64,000 bases of DNA from Candidatus Angelobacter sp. (GTDB lineage: Bacteria; Acidobacteriota; Terriglobia; Terriglobales; Acidobacteriaceae), in contig DATFQZ010000218.1 of NCBI GenBank assembly GCA_035263765.1, positions 56-64,055 of the forward strand, in the 5' to 3' direction. The first letter of the stretch is position 1. Every line of letters begins with the position of its first letter. The translations under genes and the position numbers were made by a program. This document shows positions 33,220 through 41,939 of this stretch, one piece after another. The notes below the pieces were generated by a model. That model saw only the letters and a program-made list of their open reading frames with translations. It ran no database searches and was not told the DNA's origin.

Positions 33220-34677
33220 ATGAAAAGCACGTTGATCGCCCGCACTACCTCTCTCGCATTAACCTTTTTGCTCCTGGCTTCTCAGGCCTGGGCCACCTGC
33301 GGTGGTGGCGGTGGAGGCGGTATGGGCGGCATGGGTGGCGGAAGTGGCCCGGGTGGCGGTTCCAGCCCTCAGGTCTACGCCGTGCCGTGGAAGATCATTC
33401 AGCCTGCGGATAGCCTGAAAGAGGGTCTGGCCGTTTACTGGCTGCCGGCGACGCAGCAGGAACTCGAACGCTCCAGCCTCCGCGAATCGCACACGCTCGC
33501 CAACTACGCTACGCAGTGCGTCACCATGGGCATCGTCGATTACCGCACGGAACTGGGACAGAAGTTTGCCACAGCTAACCAGCTTCCTACGGCCGTCGTA
33601 GTCCAGGCTGACGGCACAGTGGTGGCGCGGCTCGAGAACACCGGCGGCAAGCTCAAGGTCGGCGATCTGGAAAAACTGCTGGACAACGAGATGAAGAAGC
33701 GCGAAGCCGCCGTCAAAGAAAAGATCGAGAGCGCCAAGGGCAAGATCAAAGCCGGCGACAACCAGGGCGCCATTCAGGAGCTACGCGCCGTCTACGAACA
33801 GAAGTGCCTGTTTCCCGGCAAGGCGAAAGATGCTGCGAAAGAGCTGAAGAAACTGGGCGTGGAAGTGGCTGACGTGCCTAATGGGCCAACCTTCGATCCC
33901 ATCCTCAGCGCGCGGATCGAAAAGACCATGCGTGCCGGCCTTAAAGCCGAAAACGCCGCCAAGTACGTGGAGGCCGAGCGGCTCTACCAATCCGCACACC
34001 AGATGGACCCGGCGGACCCGGTGCCTCTGCGCTTCCTCGGTGAGCTGTACCGCCATCACATCGGCGACTGGGCCAAGGCTCGCGAGGTCTTTGACTCCAT
34101 CCTGGCGATGCCGGCCGATCCCATGTCCCGCGCCGTCGCTCTGCATGGCTTGGGCAAGATGACCATCCATGAAGGCGATTTCCTCAAAGGCCTGCATTTG
34201 ATGGAAGCCTCGGTGCGCGAGTATCCGCTGGCGCTGGCCTACCGCAACCTGGCGGTGTACTGGAACTCGGAAGGCGATCGCGCGAAAGCCGACTTCTACA
34301 CCCAAGAAGCGCTTAAGCTCGCTCCCAAAGATCCCTACAACCTCATTTTCGCGGCTGCGTTCATGGCCGGCAACGGACACGGAGAGGAAGCTCTGAAGAT
34401 TGCCCGCGAGAACGAAGCCGTTCTTCCCGCCAGCTACAACCTCGCGGCCATCTATGCGCAGGCCGGCCAGAGAGACAAAGCCCTGGCGCTGCTGAAGAGG
34501 CACTTCTTCGAATACGAACGCTATCAAGCTGTCCGCAGCAAAGAGATGATGGAAGCGCGCGTCGATGCGGTCTTCGCCTCGCTGATGAATGACAAGGAGT
34601 TCATGGCCCTAACCAGCGGCGCCGACGGCATGTTGCCCATGCGGATGAGCCCAAACGCAAAGCCGGTGGGGAACTGA
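33220..34677 (+). CDS. secreted TPR-repeat protein with N-terminal Gly-rich linker
   Basis: Signal peptide 'LALTFLLLASQAWATC' followed by 'GGGGGGGMGGMGGGSGPGGGS'. The C-terminal half has TPR-like repeats ('AERLYQSAHQMDPADPVPL', 'YRNLAVYWNSEGDRAKADFYTQEALKLAP'). Confidence 0.75.
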   Translation: MKSTLIARTTSLALTFLLLASQAWATCGGGGGGGMGGMGGGSGPGGGSSPQVYAVPWKIIQPADSLKEGLAVYWLPATQQELERSSLRESHTLANYATQCVTMGIVDYRTELGQKFATANQLPTAVVVQADGTVVARLENTGGKLKVGDLEKLLDNEMKKREAAVKEKIESAKGKIKAGDNQGAIQELRAVYEQKCLFPGKAKDAAKELKKLGVEVADVPNGPTFDPILSARIEKTMRAGLKAENAAKYVEAERLYQSAHQMDPADPVPLRFLGELYRHHIGDWAKAREVFDSILAMPADPMSRAVALHGLGKMTIHEGDFLKGLHLMEASVREYPLALAYRNLAVYWNSEGDRAKADFYTQEALKLAPKDPYNLIFAAAFMAGNGHGEEALKIARENEAVLPASYNLAAIYAQAGQRDKALALLKRHFFEYERYQAVRSKEMMEARVDAVFASLMNDKEFMALTSGADGMLPMRMSPNAKPVGN

Positions 34678-34740
34678 GTCACTACGGGCCCGTGGAGCGA
34701 GCAGAAAACGCAGTGAAGGACGCCAGTTTCCGGAGCAGAA

Positions 34741-34983
34741 ATGAAAGTCTATTTCCACACCCGGTCTTGGGATGAGAAGCAGCCTGCGATTGCCCACGTC
34801 ACGACGAACTCCGCTGGGGAACTTGAATTTGCCAACATCGGGGGAGGTCACTACCGTCTTGAGATAAGCAGCCATCATCTACGGGACCTCCCTGATGAAG
34901 GCCCGGGCAAGGTACCTGTCAGCGAGAGCGTAGTGATTGATATCTCTCCAATTTTTCCAGACACCGGCGAGCATAAAGCTTGA
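34741..34983 (+). CDS. short ORF with partial carboxypeptidase-regulatory-like beta-sandwich motif (possible fragment)
   Basis: 'VTTNSAGELEFANIGGGHYRLEI' resembles a CarboxypepD_reg strand pattern. There is no signal peptide, and an in-frame stop lies just upstream at 34714. Confidence 0.3.
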   Translation: MKVYFHTRSWDEKQPAIAHVTTNSAGELEFANIGGGHYRLEISSHHLRDLPDEGPGKVPVSESVVIDISPIFPDTGEHKA

Positions 34984-34997
34984 AGCAAAAGGGAAAA

Positions 34998-35462
34998 ATG
35001 AGACTGCATTGCGTAGCGTTGCTGGGGACAGCATTGTCCTTTAGCCAGCTCGCCCTTGCGCAGAGCCAACCGTCGCCAAGTCCCTCACTATCAGCGCAAA
35101 CGAGCCCGACGCCATCGCCGGAGCAGGAGGTTCCTGTCATTGACGGCCGAATCGGTCCTTGCTCGGCCGCATTCACGGTGACAGACGCCAATGGCAAGCC
35201 CGTTTATGCCGCCACAGTTAATGTGCACATCACCTACGGATTTGGCGGCTTCAAAAAAATGGACCTCGAGGCCAGCACCAACGCCCAGGGCAAAGTGACA
35301 TTCAAGGGCCTGCCCGCCAAAGTGCACAATCCGCCCCTCGAATTTCACGCTTCCAAGGGCGATCTCGTCGGCATGGCCACGGACGATCCAGTGGTTGAAT
35401 GCCAGGCCACGCACGACATCGTGCTGGAAAAAGCAAAGCCAAAGCAAGCACCCACCAATTAA
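34998..35462 (+). CDS. secreted protein with carboxypeptidase-regulatory-like domain
   Basis: Signal peptide 'MRLHCVALLGTALSFSQLALAQS', Pro/Ser linker, 'TVTDANGKPVYAATVNV...TNAQGKVTFKGLP'. Alternative TTG start at 34980. Confidence 0.55.
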   Translation: MRLHCVALLGTALSFSQLALAQSQPSPSPSLSAQTSPTPSPEQEVPVIDGRIGPCSAAFTVTDANGKPVYAATVNVHITYGFGGFKKMDLEASTNAQGKVTFKGLPAKVHNPPLEFHASKGDLVGMATDDPVVECQATHDIVLEKAKPKQAPTN

Positions 35463-35510
35463 CGACTGCCAAGGTTAAGATACCTGGCAAAAGCGCTCAC
35501 AGGAGGCTTC

Positions 35511-36326
35511 GTGTCGCCGCAGAAGCAGGACTACGTCATACGTGGCGGAATTGAAGGAAGAGAACGCTTGCGGATTCTATCCCGGGTGATGCGCCCGGCG
35601 ACCGAGAGCCTGCTTCACCGCGCCGGGATCCGGGCCGGGATGGTTGTTCTTGAGGTTGGCTGCGGAAGTGGCGATGTTGCGTGCGACCTGGCTCGCCTGG
35701 TTGGCCCCAGCGGCAGAGTGGTGGCGACGGACATCGACCCGGTGAAGATCGAGGCCGCACGCAATCAGGCCGCTGAGCAGAGGATTGGCAATGTCGAGTT
35801 TCGTGTCGCCAACGCCGGCGAGGACGAGCATGAGCCGCAGTTCGATTTCGCCCATGCGAGGTTTCTCCTCTCCCACCTGCGAGATCCCCAGGCCGCACTG
35901 GCGCGAATCCGGCGCGCCCTCCGCCCCGGCGGAATCCTAGTGGTTGCGGATACCGATTTTCGCGGACACTTTTGCGACCCTGATTGTCCGGCACTCTGGC
36001 GCTACGTTGAGCTTTATACGCAGACGGTCAAACGCCGCGGCGGCGATGCCAACATCGGACCCCGCTTGCCGAGGCTCTTGACCGAAAATGGCTTTGCGAA
36101 TGTGCAGATGAGCGTCAGCCAGCCGGCTGGGACCGAGGGCGAGGTAAAGCTGATCACTCCTCTCACCATGGAGAATATCGCCGACGCAGTGATTGCCGAG
36201 GGATTGGCCTCTCGGTCCGAAGTTGATCAGATCATTGGCGAATTGTACGAGTACGCTCGTACTCCAGGGACCGTCGGTTGCGTAGTGCGCGTCGTAGAGG
36301 CCTGGGGCTATCAGCCCCAAGACTGA
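35511..36326 (+). CDS. class I SAM-dependent methyltransferase
   Basis: Motif I 'VLEVGCGSGDVACDLA', 'VVATDIDP', post-I/II pattern 'PGGILVVAD'. GTG start. Confidence 0.85.
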   Translation: MSPQKQDYVIRGGIEGRERLRILSRVMRPATESLLHRAGIRAGMVVLEVGCGSGDVACDLARLVGPSGRVVATDIDPVKIEAARNQAAEQRIGNVEFRVANAGEDEHEPQFDFAHARFLLSHLRDPQAALARIRRALRPGGILVVADTDFRGHFCDPDCPALWRYVELYTQTVKRRGGDANIGPRLPRLLTENGFANVQMSVSQPAGTEGEVKLITPLTMENIADAVIAEGLASRSEVDQIIGELYEYARTPGTVGCVVRVVEAWGYQPQD

Positions 36327-36411
36327 TACGGATCGATAGTGTTCCGGAACATGGGCTTCAGTCACGAGGTCCGCCGCAAAGCGAAAATAGGAACACAAGG
36401 GCAGTACAGCG

Positions 36412-37983
36412 GTGAGTGATACCCTTCCTAATCTGGAGGTGCAAGACCGTATTCACGCTGAGTTTATGGGTAAACGAATCCAGGAATTCCTCCGTTCAGA
36501 TTTTGGCTTACTCATCTTTGTGGCGGTGCTGCGTCTGGTTCTACAGACCGCGACCAATGGTCAATATGGCTTTCACCGCGATGAGCTGCAAACGCTCGAT
36601 GACGCTCGCCATCTCGACTGGGGCTTTGTGGCGTATCCGCCGGTCACGCCGCTGATCGGCCGCTTCGAGCTGATCCTCTTCGGGACATCACTCGTTGGGT
36701 TTCGCGTCTTCTCGGCCCTCGCCGTGAGCATCATCATGGTGCTCGTGGGGCTTACCACGAAAGAACTCGGCGGAAAGCGGCATGCACAATTGCTGGCTGC
36801 GGTAGCGGCTGGAATTGCTCCCGTCTCTCTGGTTCAGGGCGCAGTGTTCCAGTACGTCTCGTTCGACTACCTCTGGGGCGTCACGGTTGCTTACCTGCTC
36901 GTCCGGATGCTGAACTCCGACAATCCGCGGTGGTGGTTGCCTATCGGTACGGTGATCGGTCTAGGCATGGAGACACGTTACACCATGGGCGTTCTCGCTC
37001 TCGGCGTGGCGGCTGCGGTGGTGCTCACGCCCGCGCGTCGTTGGCTTCGCAGCGGCTGGCTTTGGGCCGGCGTCGGCCTCTCGATCCTCGTCTTTCTGCC
37101 GAATCTCATCTGGCAGGCGCAGCATCATTTCGTTTCCCGCGAGTTCTTGTCGTATTTGCACGCGCGCGACCTCCGGCAGGGCCGCTACGATGGGTTCTTG
37201 CAGGAACAACTTCTCGTTTGCGTAAATCTGGTTACCGCGCCTCTGGCCATCATGGGGTTGTGGTTCTATTTCTTTCATCGCGAAGGCCGGCGCTATCGCC
37301 TGCTGGGCTGGACGTTCCTGGTGAGCTTCGCGATATTTGCTGTGGTCCGGTCGCGCTCTTATTACGCCGCCCCGCTCTATCCGATGTTGCTTGCCGGCGG
37401 CAGTGTTCTGCTGGCGACATGGCTGGCCGGACTGCGCCCACTATGGGCGCGCTTGATCTACGCCGTGCAATGGGCCGCCATGGTCGCCAATGGAACCCTC
37501 TGGGTGCTTCTGGCAATGCCGGTCGCACCTATTGGGTCGCCCCTATGGAACATCACCAGCAAGTTGTACGATCAATTTCGCGAGGAGATCGGTTGGCCTG
37601 ACTTAGCGCGTTCCGTGGCCGGCGTCTACCGCGAGCTGCCCTCCGATGAGCAAGCGCGTACTGGAATCCTCACTGGCAACTACGGAGAAGCCGGCGCTTT
37701 GAACCTCTACGGACCGGCTCTAGGCCTGCCCCACGCCATGGGCTTGACCAATTCTTTCTGGTATCGCGGATACGACTCGCGATTGCCGAGCACGGTTATT
37801 GTCACGGGATTTGCACTGGAGGATGGCCAGAAGCTATTCGAAAGCTGTGTCGTCGCGGCGAAGAATACAAATCCCTTCGGTGTGACCAACGAGGAGTCGC
37901 GCTATCATCCGGATATCCTGCTTTGCCGCAACTTGCGTACGCCATGGCCTGACTACTGGGCGAGCCATCGGCGCTTTGGATGA
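36412..37983 (+). CDS. GT39/ArnT-like membrane glycosyltransferase (dolichyl-phosphate-mannose-protein mannosyltransferase family)
   Basis: About 10 hydrophobic helices, an early 'FHRDELQTLDDARH' loop (DE/DD acidic motif typical of GT-C enzymes), and a soluble C-terminal domain. Confidence 0.7.
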   Translation: MSDTLPNLEVQDRIHAEFMGKRIQEFLRSDFGLLIFVAVLRLVLQTATNGQYGFHRDELQTLDDARHLDWGFVAYPPVTPLIGRFELILFGTSLVGFRVFSALAVSIIMVLVGLTTKELGGKRHAQLLAAVAAGIAPVSLVQGAVFQYVSFDYLWGVTVAYLLVRMLNSDNPRWWLPIGTVIGLGMETRYTMGVLALGVAAAVVLTPARRWLRSGWLWAGVGLSILVFLPNLIWQAQHHFVSREFLSYLHARDLRQGRYDGFLQEQLLVCVNLVTAPLAIMGLWFYFFHREGRRYRLLGWTFLVSFAIFAVVRSRSYYAAPLYPMLLAGGSVLLATWLAGLRPLWARLIYAVQWAAMVANGTLWVLLAMPVAPIGSPLWNITSKLYDQFREEIGWPDLARSVAGVYRELPSDEQARTGILTGNYGEAGALNLYGPALGLPHAMGLTNSFWYRGYDSRLPSTVIVTGFALEDGQKLFESCVVAAKNTNPFGVTNEESRYHPDILLCRNLRTPWPDYWASHRRFG

Positions 37984-38049
37984 CTCGCAGCGTTGCTCAT
38001 GGTTGTCTTTGGTTGCCATGAGCAGAGACAACAACTGATAATCTCGGAC

Positions 38050-39177
38050 ATGATGTACCAACCACGCCGCCCCTCGGTCCTATTGCCTATTCCTGTCCTG
38101 TGCTTGATCGGGTTCCTCATCCCCGTCGCTAACTCCGCCCAAGTGGATGACAGCAAGGCCGTATTCCAACGCGTGGACGCCTATATCACCGCGCAAACCG
38201 CCGAACACTCGTTTCGAGGCGTGGTCCTGGTAGGAGTGAATGGCAAGGTCGTCTTCGAGAAGGCTTACGGTATCGCAGATGAAGAATGGAACGCCCGCAA
38301 TACCACGACCACGAAATTCCGAATCGCTTCGCTCAGCAAGCAGTTCACAGCGGCGTGCATCCTGCTGCTCCAAGAGCGAGGACGGTTGAAGGTGCAGGAT
38401 CCCATCTCGCGGTATCTACCTGGCTTGCCCCAGGCATGGCAATCGATCACCATCCATCAACTCCTGACTCATACATCCGGAATCCCTAATTACACAGACA
38501 GTCCTCAGCTCCAGAAGATCAACCGCACCGGCGCGACTCCGCAAGACATGATTGCGCTGGTTACGGACAAACCGCTGGACTTCCCGCCGGGAAGCAAGTG
38601 GCGCTATACCAATACGGGTTACATCTTGCTCGGCATGATCATTGAGAGAATATCCGGCCAATCCTACGCTGACTTCCTGAAGAGCAACATCCTTGAGCCG
38701 CTGGGCATGACGAGTTCGGGGTACGACCGGGCAACGGACATCCTTAAGGAAAGGGCTTCGGGATATCAGATCAAGGGCAGCCTCGCGAATGCAGACTTCA
38801 TTGACATGACCATTCCGTTTGCTGCGGGAGGAATTTATTCAACGGTGGAGGATCTGTACCGCTTCAATGAAGCGCTGGCCCAGGACGGCAAACTCCTGTC
38901 GGCTGATTCTCTCAAGCAGATGTTCACGGAATACCCGGAGGCCATCTATCAAGGCCAGCATTACGGGTACGGAGTCGTGATCTCCCGGCAGAAGTTTGGA
39001 AAGCTGCTTTACTATCACGGGGGAGGAGTCGAGGGGTTTTCTAGCAGTATCCAACGCTATCCGGACGAGCGAGTCTGCATCGTCGTGCTCTCAAACCTCA
39101 GCAGCTACAAGCCTTGGGACCTTGGTGATCACGTCGCCGCGGAACTTTTCCATCAGGTGACGACTTCCGCACGTTAA
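38050..39177 (+). CDS. serine hydrolase, beta-lactamase (class C / PBP4-like) family, secreted
   Basis: Signal peptide from ATG 38050 (MMYQPRRPSVLLPIPVLCLIGFLIPVANSA). S-x-x-K motif 'ASLSKQFTA', 'YTNTGYILLG' (Y-x-N), and 'HGGGVEGF' near the C-terminus. Confidence 0.85.
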   Translation: MMYQPRRPSVLLPIPVLCLIGFLIPVANSAQVDDSKAVFQRVDAYITAQTAEHSFRGVVLVGVNGKVVFEKAYGIADEEWNARNTTTTKFRIASLSKQFTAACILLLQERGRLKVQDPISRYLPGLPQAWQSITIHQLLTHTSGIPNYTDSPQLQKINRTGATPQDMIALVTDKPLDFPPGSKWRYTNTGYILLGMIIERISGQSYADFLKSNILEPLGMTSSGYDRATDILKERASGYQIKGSLANADFIDMTIPFAAGGIYSTVEDLYRFNEALAQDGKLLSADSLKQMFTEYPEAIYQGQHYGYGVVISRQKFGKLLYYHGGGVEGFSSSIQRYPDERVCIVVLSNLSSYKPWDLGDHVAAELFHQVTTSAR

Positions 39178-39294
39178 GTTTTCCACCAGCGACTTCAACG
39201 TAAACCGCTACAGGGTTTCAATCCTTGGTTTGCGTTTTCGACCCAGATCAGCTACGATTTGCTGAGTCGGAGTAGTGGTCTATGCGTTTCTCCA

Positions 39295-39341
39295 AACAAG
39301 TCACTCGACCTAACAAGTCGCTGTAAGTCCCCAGACTTGTT
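39295..39341. promoter_or_regulatory. three copies of the 8-mer AACAAGTC (two direct, one inverted) upstream of the MATE gene; candidate operator
   Basis: 'aacaagtc' at 39295-39302 and 39312-39319. Reverse complement 'gacttgtt' at 39334-39341, 37 bp before TTG 39378. Confidence 0.3.
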
Positions 39342-39377
39342 GCCACACGACTCTTCCAACTGAAATGGAGAAACGCC

Positions 39378-40823
39378 TTGAGTTCATCTGTAGAAACTCC
39401 CACGCAATCTATTGCGCCTCAGTCGCCGCACCACGAGCGTGAAAGCCGCTTTGCCCTGGTTAAGGAGGCCCTCTTTGGCTCCAAGCAGGATTTCACTGCC
39501 GTGTCCGTGGACCGGGCAATCTTCCTGCTGGCTGTGCCCATGGTTCTGGAAATGGCCATGGAAGGCCTGTTCGCCATCGTGGACACCTTCTTTGTCGCCC
39601 ACCTTGGAGCCGATGCCACCGCTACCGTTGGCATCACCGAAGGCATGCTGACCATGGTCTACGCCATCGCCGTGGGAATGAGCATGGGTACCACGGCCGT
39701 GGTGGCGCGCCGCACCGGTGAAAAGGACTCACCAGGAGCCGCTCGAGCCGCGGTGCAGTCCATCATTCTCGGCATTGGTGTCTCGACACTGATCTTTGCC
39801 TTCTGTTTTCCGTTTGCACCGAGGCTACTCGCATGGATGGGAGCGAGTCCCGGCATTCTGCAAGTGGGATCTACGTACACCCGGATCATGCTGAGCGGTT
39901 CAGGAGTGATCTTGATGCTCTTCCTGATCAATGCCGTTTTCCGTGGCGCCGGCGACGCCGCGGTCGCCATGCGTGTGCTATGGCTGGCGAATTTCATCAA
40001 CCTCTGTCTGGATCCCTGTCTCATCCTGGGGTTGGGTCCATTTCCTCGGCTCGGCGTGACCGGAGCCGCTGTGGCTACCACGACGGGGCGCAGCATCGGG
40101 ATTGTGTTCCAGTTCTATCTACTCTGGAGGTCGCGAGGACGCATTGCGATTCGGCGCGAACATCTGCGAATCGTGTTCAAGGTCATGGCCAACATTTTGC
40201 GCATCGCCGGGAACGGCGTACTGCAATTCATGATCGCTACCGCCAGTTGGGTGGTGATGGTCCGTATGATTCAATCGTTCGGAAGCGCCGCCACGGCTGG
40301 ATACACGGTGGCGGTCCGCATCATCTATTTTTCCATCCTGCCGTCATGGGGCTTGGGCTCAGCGGCTGCAACGCTAGTAGGACAAAACCTTGGAGCCAAG
40401 CAACCGGATCGGGCGGAGCAGTCTGTTTGGCGTGCCTCATTTTTCAACATGCTCTTCCTGGGAACGTTATCGCTTGTGTTCCTGTTTTTTGCTCCTCAGT
40501 TGATTGGGATCTTCAGCCGTGATGCGGCGGTGATTTCGGTTGGTGCCAGTTGCCTGAGGATCATCAGCGCTTGCTATGTTCTTTTCGCCTACGGAATGGT
40601 GATTGTGCAGGCGTTCAACGGCGCTGGAGACACCTTGACACCAACCGTCATCAACCTGGCGTGCTACTGGGTCGTGCAACTTCCACTGGCATTCCTGCTC
40701 AGCCGCCGCTTCCAACTTGGCCCAAACGGCGTTTTCTGGGCCATCTTGGTCGCCGAAAACCTGCTCGCTGGCGTGTCGATATTCGTATTTCGTCTGGGAA
40801 AGTGGAAGAAGAAAGTGGTCTGA
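39378..40823 (+). CDS. MATE family efflux transporter
   Basis: 12-helix profile. 'RAIFLLAVPMVLEMAMEGLFAIVDTFFVAHLG' is a typical MATE N-terminus. TTG start with SD GGAG 7 nt upstream. Confidence 0.9.
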   Translation: MSSSVETPTQSIAPQSPHHERESRFALVKEALFGSKQDFTAVSVDRAIFLLAVPMVLEMAMEGLFAIVDTFFVAHLGADATATVGITEGMLTMVYAIAVGMSMGTTAVVARRTGEKDSPGAARAAVQSIILGIGVSTLIFAFCFPFAPRLLAWMGASPGILQVGSTYTRIMLSGSGVILMLFLINAVFRGAGDAAVAMRVLWLANFINLCLDPCLILGLGPFPRLGVTGAAVATTTGRSIGIVFQFYLLWRSRGRIAIRREHLRIVFKVMANILRIAGNGVLQFMIATASWVVMVRMIQSFGSAATAGYTVAVRIIYFSILPSWGLGSAAATLVGQNLGAKQPDRAEQSVWRASFFNMLFLGTLSLVFLFFAPQLIGIFSRDAAVISVGASCLRIISACYVLFAYGMVIVQAFNGAGDTLTPTVINLACYWVVQLPLAFLLSRRFQLGPNGVFWAILVAENLLAGVSIFVFRLGKWKKKVV

Positions 40824-40893
40824 CATTAGAAGTAGGGGCCGGCTCAAGGGGCACAGTCCGTCCGTTTGCCAAGCGCAAGCGTACAGAAGAGGC

Positions 40894-41457
40894 TCATGCG
40901 TCTGTAGCATGTCGGTCCTCGGCAATCACCACGACTTCCTTGCCCATCTGCCGCCCGACTTCAATGCAAGCCGCAACGGTAGCGTCATTTGTCTCACGTC
41001 CGCGCACCAGTTCCAGCCGTTTGTCCGCAAAGCGCATGCCCAGGATGTTCTCGGGCCGGTAAGTAACGGACGCGATCTCGGTGACACTCAAAGACGAAGT
41101 GGTACAGGCCAGGATGGTGTGCGGGCGGGAAACTTTATCGAGCAAGGTGATGATCTCGAGCTTTGAATCCATTTCGTCCGGCACGGCTTCAATCACTAGA
41201 TCTGCCTGACGCGCAGCTTCTTCTACCGTGCCAGCGTACTCTAAAAGCCGAAAGGCTGAATCGGCATCGTTTGATGAAAGCTCGCCGCCCTGGACAGCCT
41301 GGTCAAGGCTCTTGCGGATTTCGTTTTCAGCGTTGCGCAGGCTGGTGGGGAGAATGTTTTGGAGGATGGTGCGATAGCCGCCACGAATGGCCGCCAGCGC
41401 GATCATCTGGGCCATGGCCCCGCCGCCGATGACGGCCACGGTGCTGATCTCCGCCAT
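40894..41457 (-). CDS. 3-hydroxyacyl-CoA dehydrogenase NAD-binding-domain protein, short form lacking the C-terminal domain
   Basis: Rossmann motif 'VAVIGGGAMAQMIA', 'ADLVIEAVPDEMDSKLEI', 'TSSLSVTEIA'. It ends at 187 aa, soon after the 'GK.VVV' segment. The position of the HFFNP motif reads 'RFADK'. Confidence 0.7.
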   Translation of the reverse strand: MAEISTVAVIGGGAMAQMIALAAIRGGYRTILQNILPTSLRNAENEIRKSLDQAVQGGELSSNDADSAFRLLEYAGTVEEAARQADLVIEAVPDEMDSKLEIITLLDKVSRPHTILACTTSSLSVTEIASVTYRPENILGMRFADKRLELVRGRETNDATVAACIEVGRQMGKEVVVIAEDRHATDA

Positions 41458-41468
41458 GATGGGAGAGT

Positions 41469-41684
41469 CTAGCCCTTATCGAGGGTCGTCATCATGGCTA
41501 CATAATTGGGATCGGCCTTGCGCATGTAGTCGGCGAGGCGCTTCCGCTCTTCTTCCGTCATGCTGGGAACTCCGGCCTGGATGCGCCGCAGCGTGGCGGC
41601 AATGTCGTCAACATAGTTCATCATTCGAATCAGCTCACCGGTCACGGGCATGCGATGTATGACTCCTTCGTACTGAATATCCAT
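41469..41684 (-). CDS. small hypothetical protein (71 aa)
   Basis: 'MDIQYEGVIHRMPVTGELIRMMNYVDDIAATLRRIQAGVPSMTEEERKRLADYMRKADPNYVAMMTTLDKG'. The longer 151-codon version (to 41924) runs through two REP-like hairpins and has Arg/Ser-rich junk-like composition, so the short form is preferred. Confidence 0.4.
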   Translation of the reverse strand: MDIQYEGVIHRMPVTGELIRMMNYVDDIAATLRRIQAGVPSMTEEERKRLADYMRKADPNYVAMMTTLDKG

Positions 41685-41773
41685 TGTCAATTCTTCGGCG
41701 GGATTAGTAAAGCGCCCGACCACGCAACCTCGGGATGATAAAGCACGGCAGAACGAACCGAAAATCGAACGTA

Positions 41774-41796
41774 GAGACGTGGCACTGCCACGTCTC
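41774..41796. repeat. REP-like hairpin GAGACGTGG-cactg-CCACGTCTC
   Basis: Perfect 9-bp stem with a 5-nt loop, in the intergenic region downstream of malQ. Confidence 0.7.
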
Positions 41797-41884
41797 AAAT
41801 GCTGGGCGCTAAGATCGTCCTCTGGGTTTCCCGATGTTTTCAATCCGGTGCCATTAGTTCCAAGCAGCATCTTCGCCTTGAGAG

Positions 41885-41907
41885 TGAGACGCGGCAGTGC
41901 CGCGTCT
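41885..41907. repeat. REP-like hairpin GAGACGCGG-cagtg-CCGCGTCTC (inverted copy of 41774-41796 with a compensatory stem change)
   Basis: Perfect 9-bp stem. The loop is the reverse complement of the other copy's loop. The T:A pair is replaced by C:G. Confidence 0.7.
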
Positions 41908-41939
41908 CTACGGGACGCGTCCATCGCCGCACAGCGTCG

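Noticed and set aside
39205-39240. tRNA-like T-arm 'cagggtttcaatccttgg'
   Set aside because: There is no matching acceptor stem, D-arm or anticodon arm in the flanks, so it is an isolated resemblance only.
41685-41924. Longer 151-codon version of the small ORF downstream of malQ
   Set aside because: The extra 80 codons span both REP-like hairpins and are Arg/Ser/Gly-rich. The regular 15-bp spacing to the malQ stop is suggestive but insufficient.
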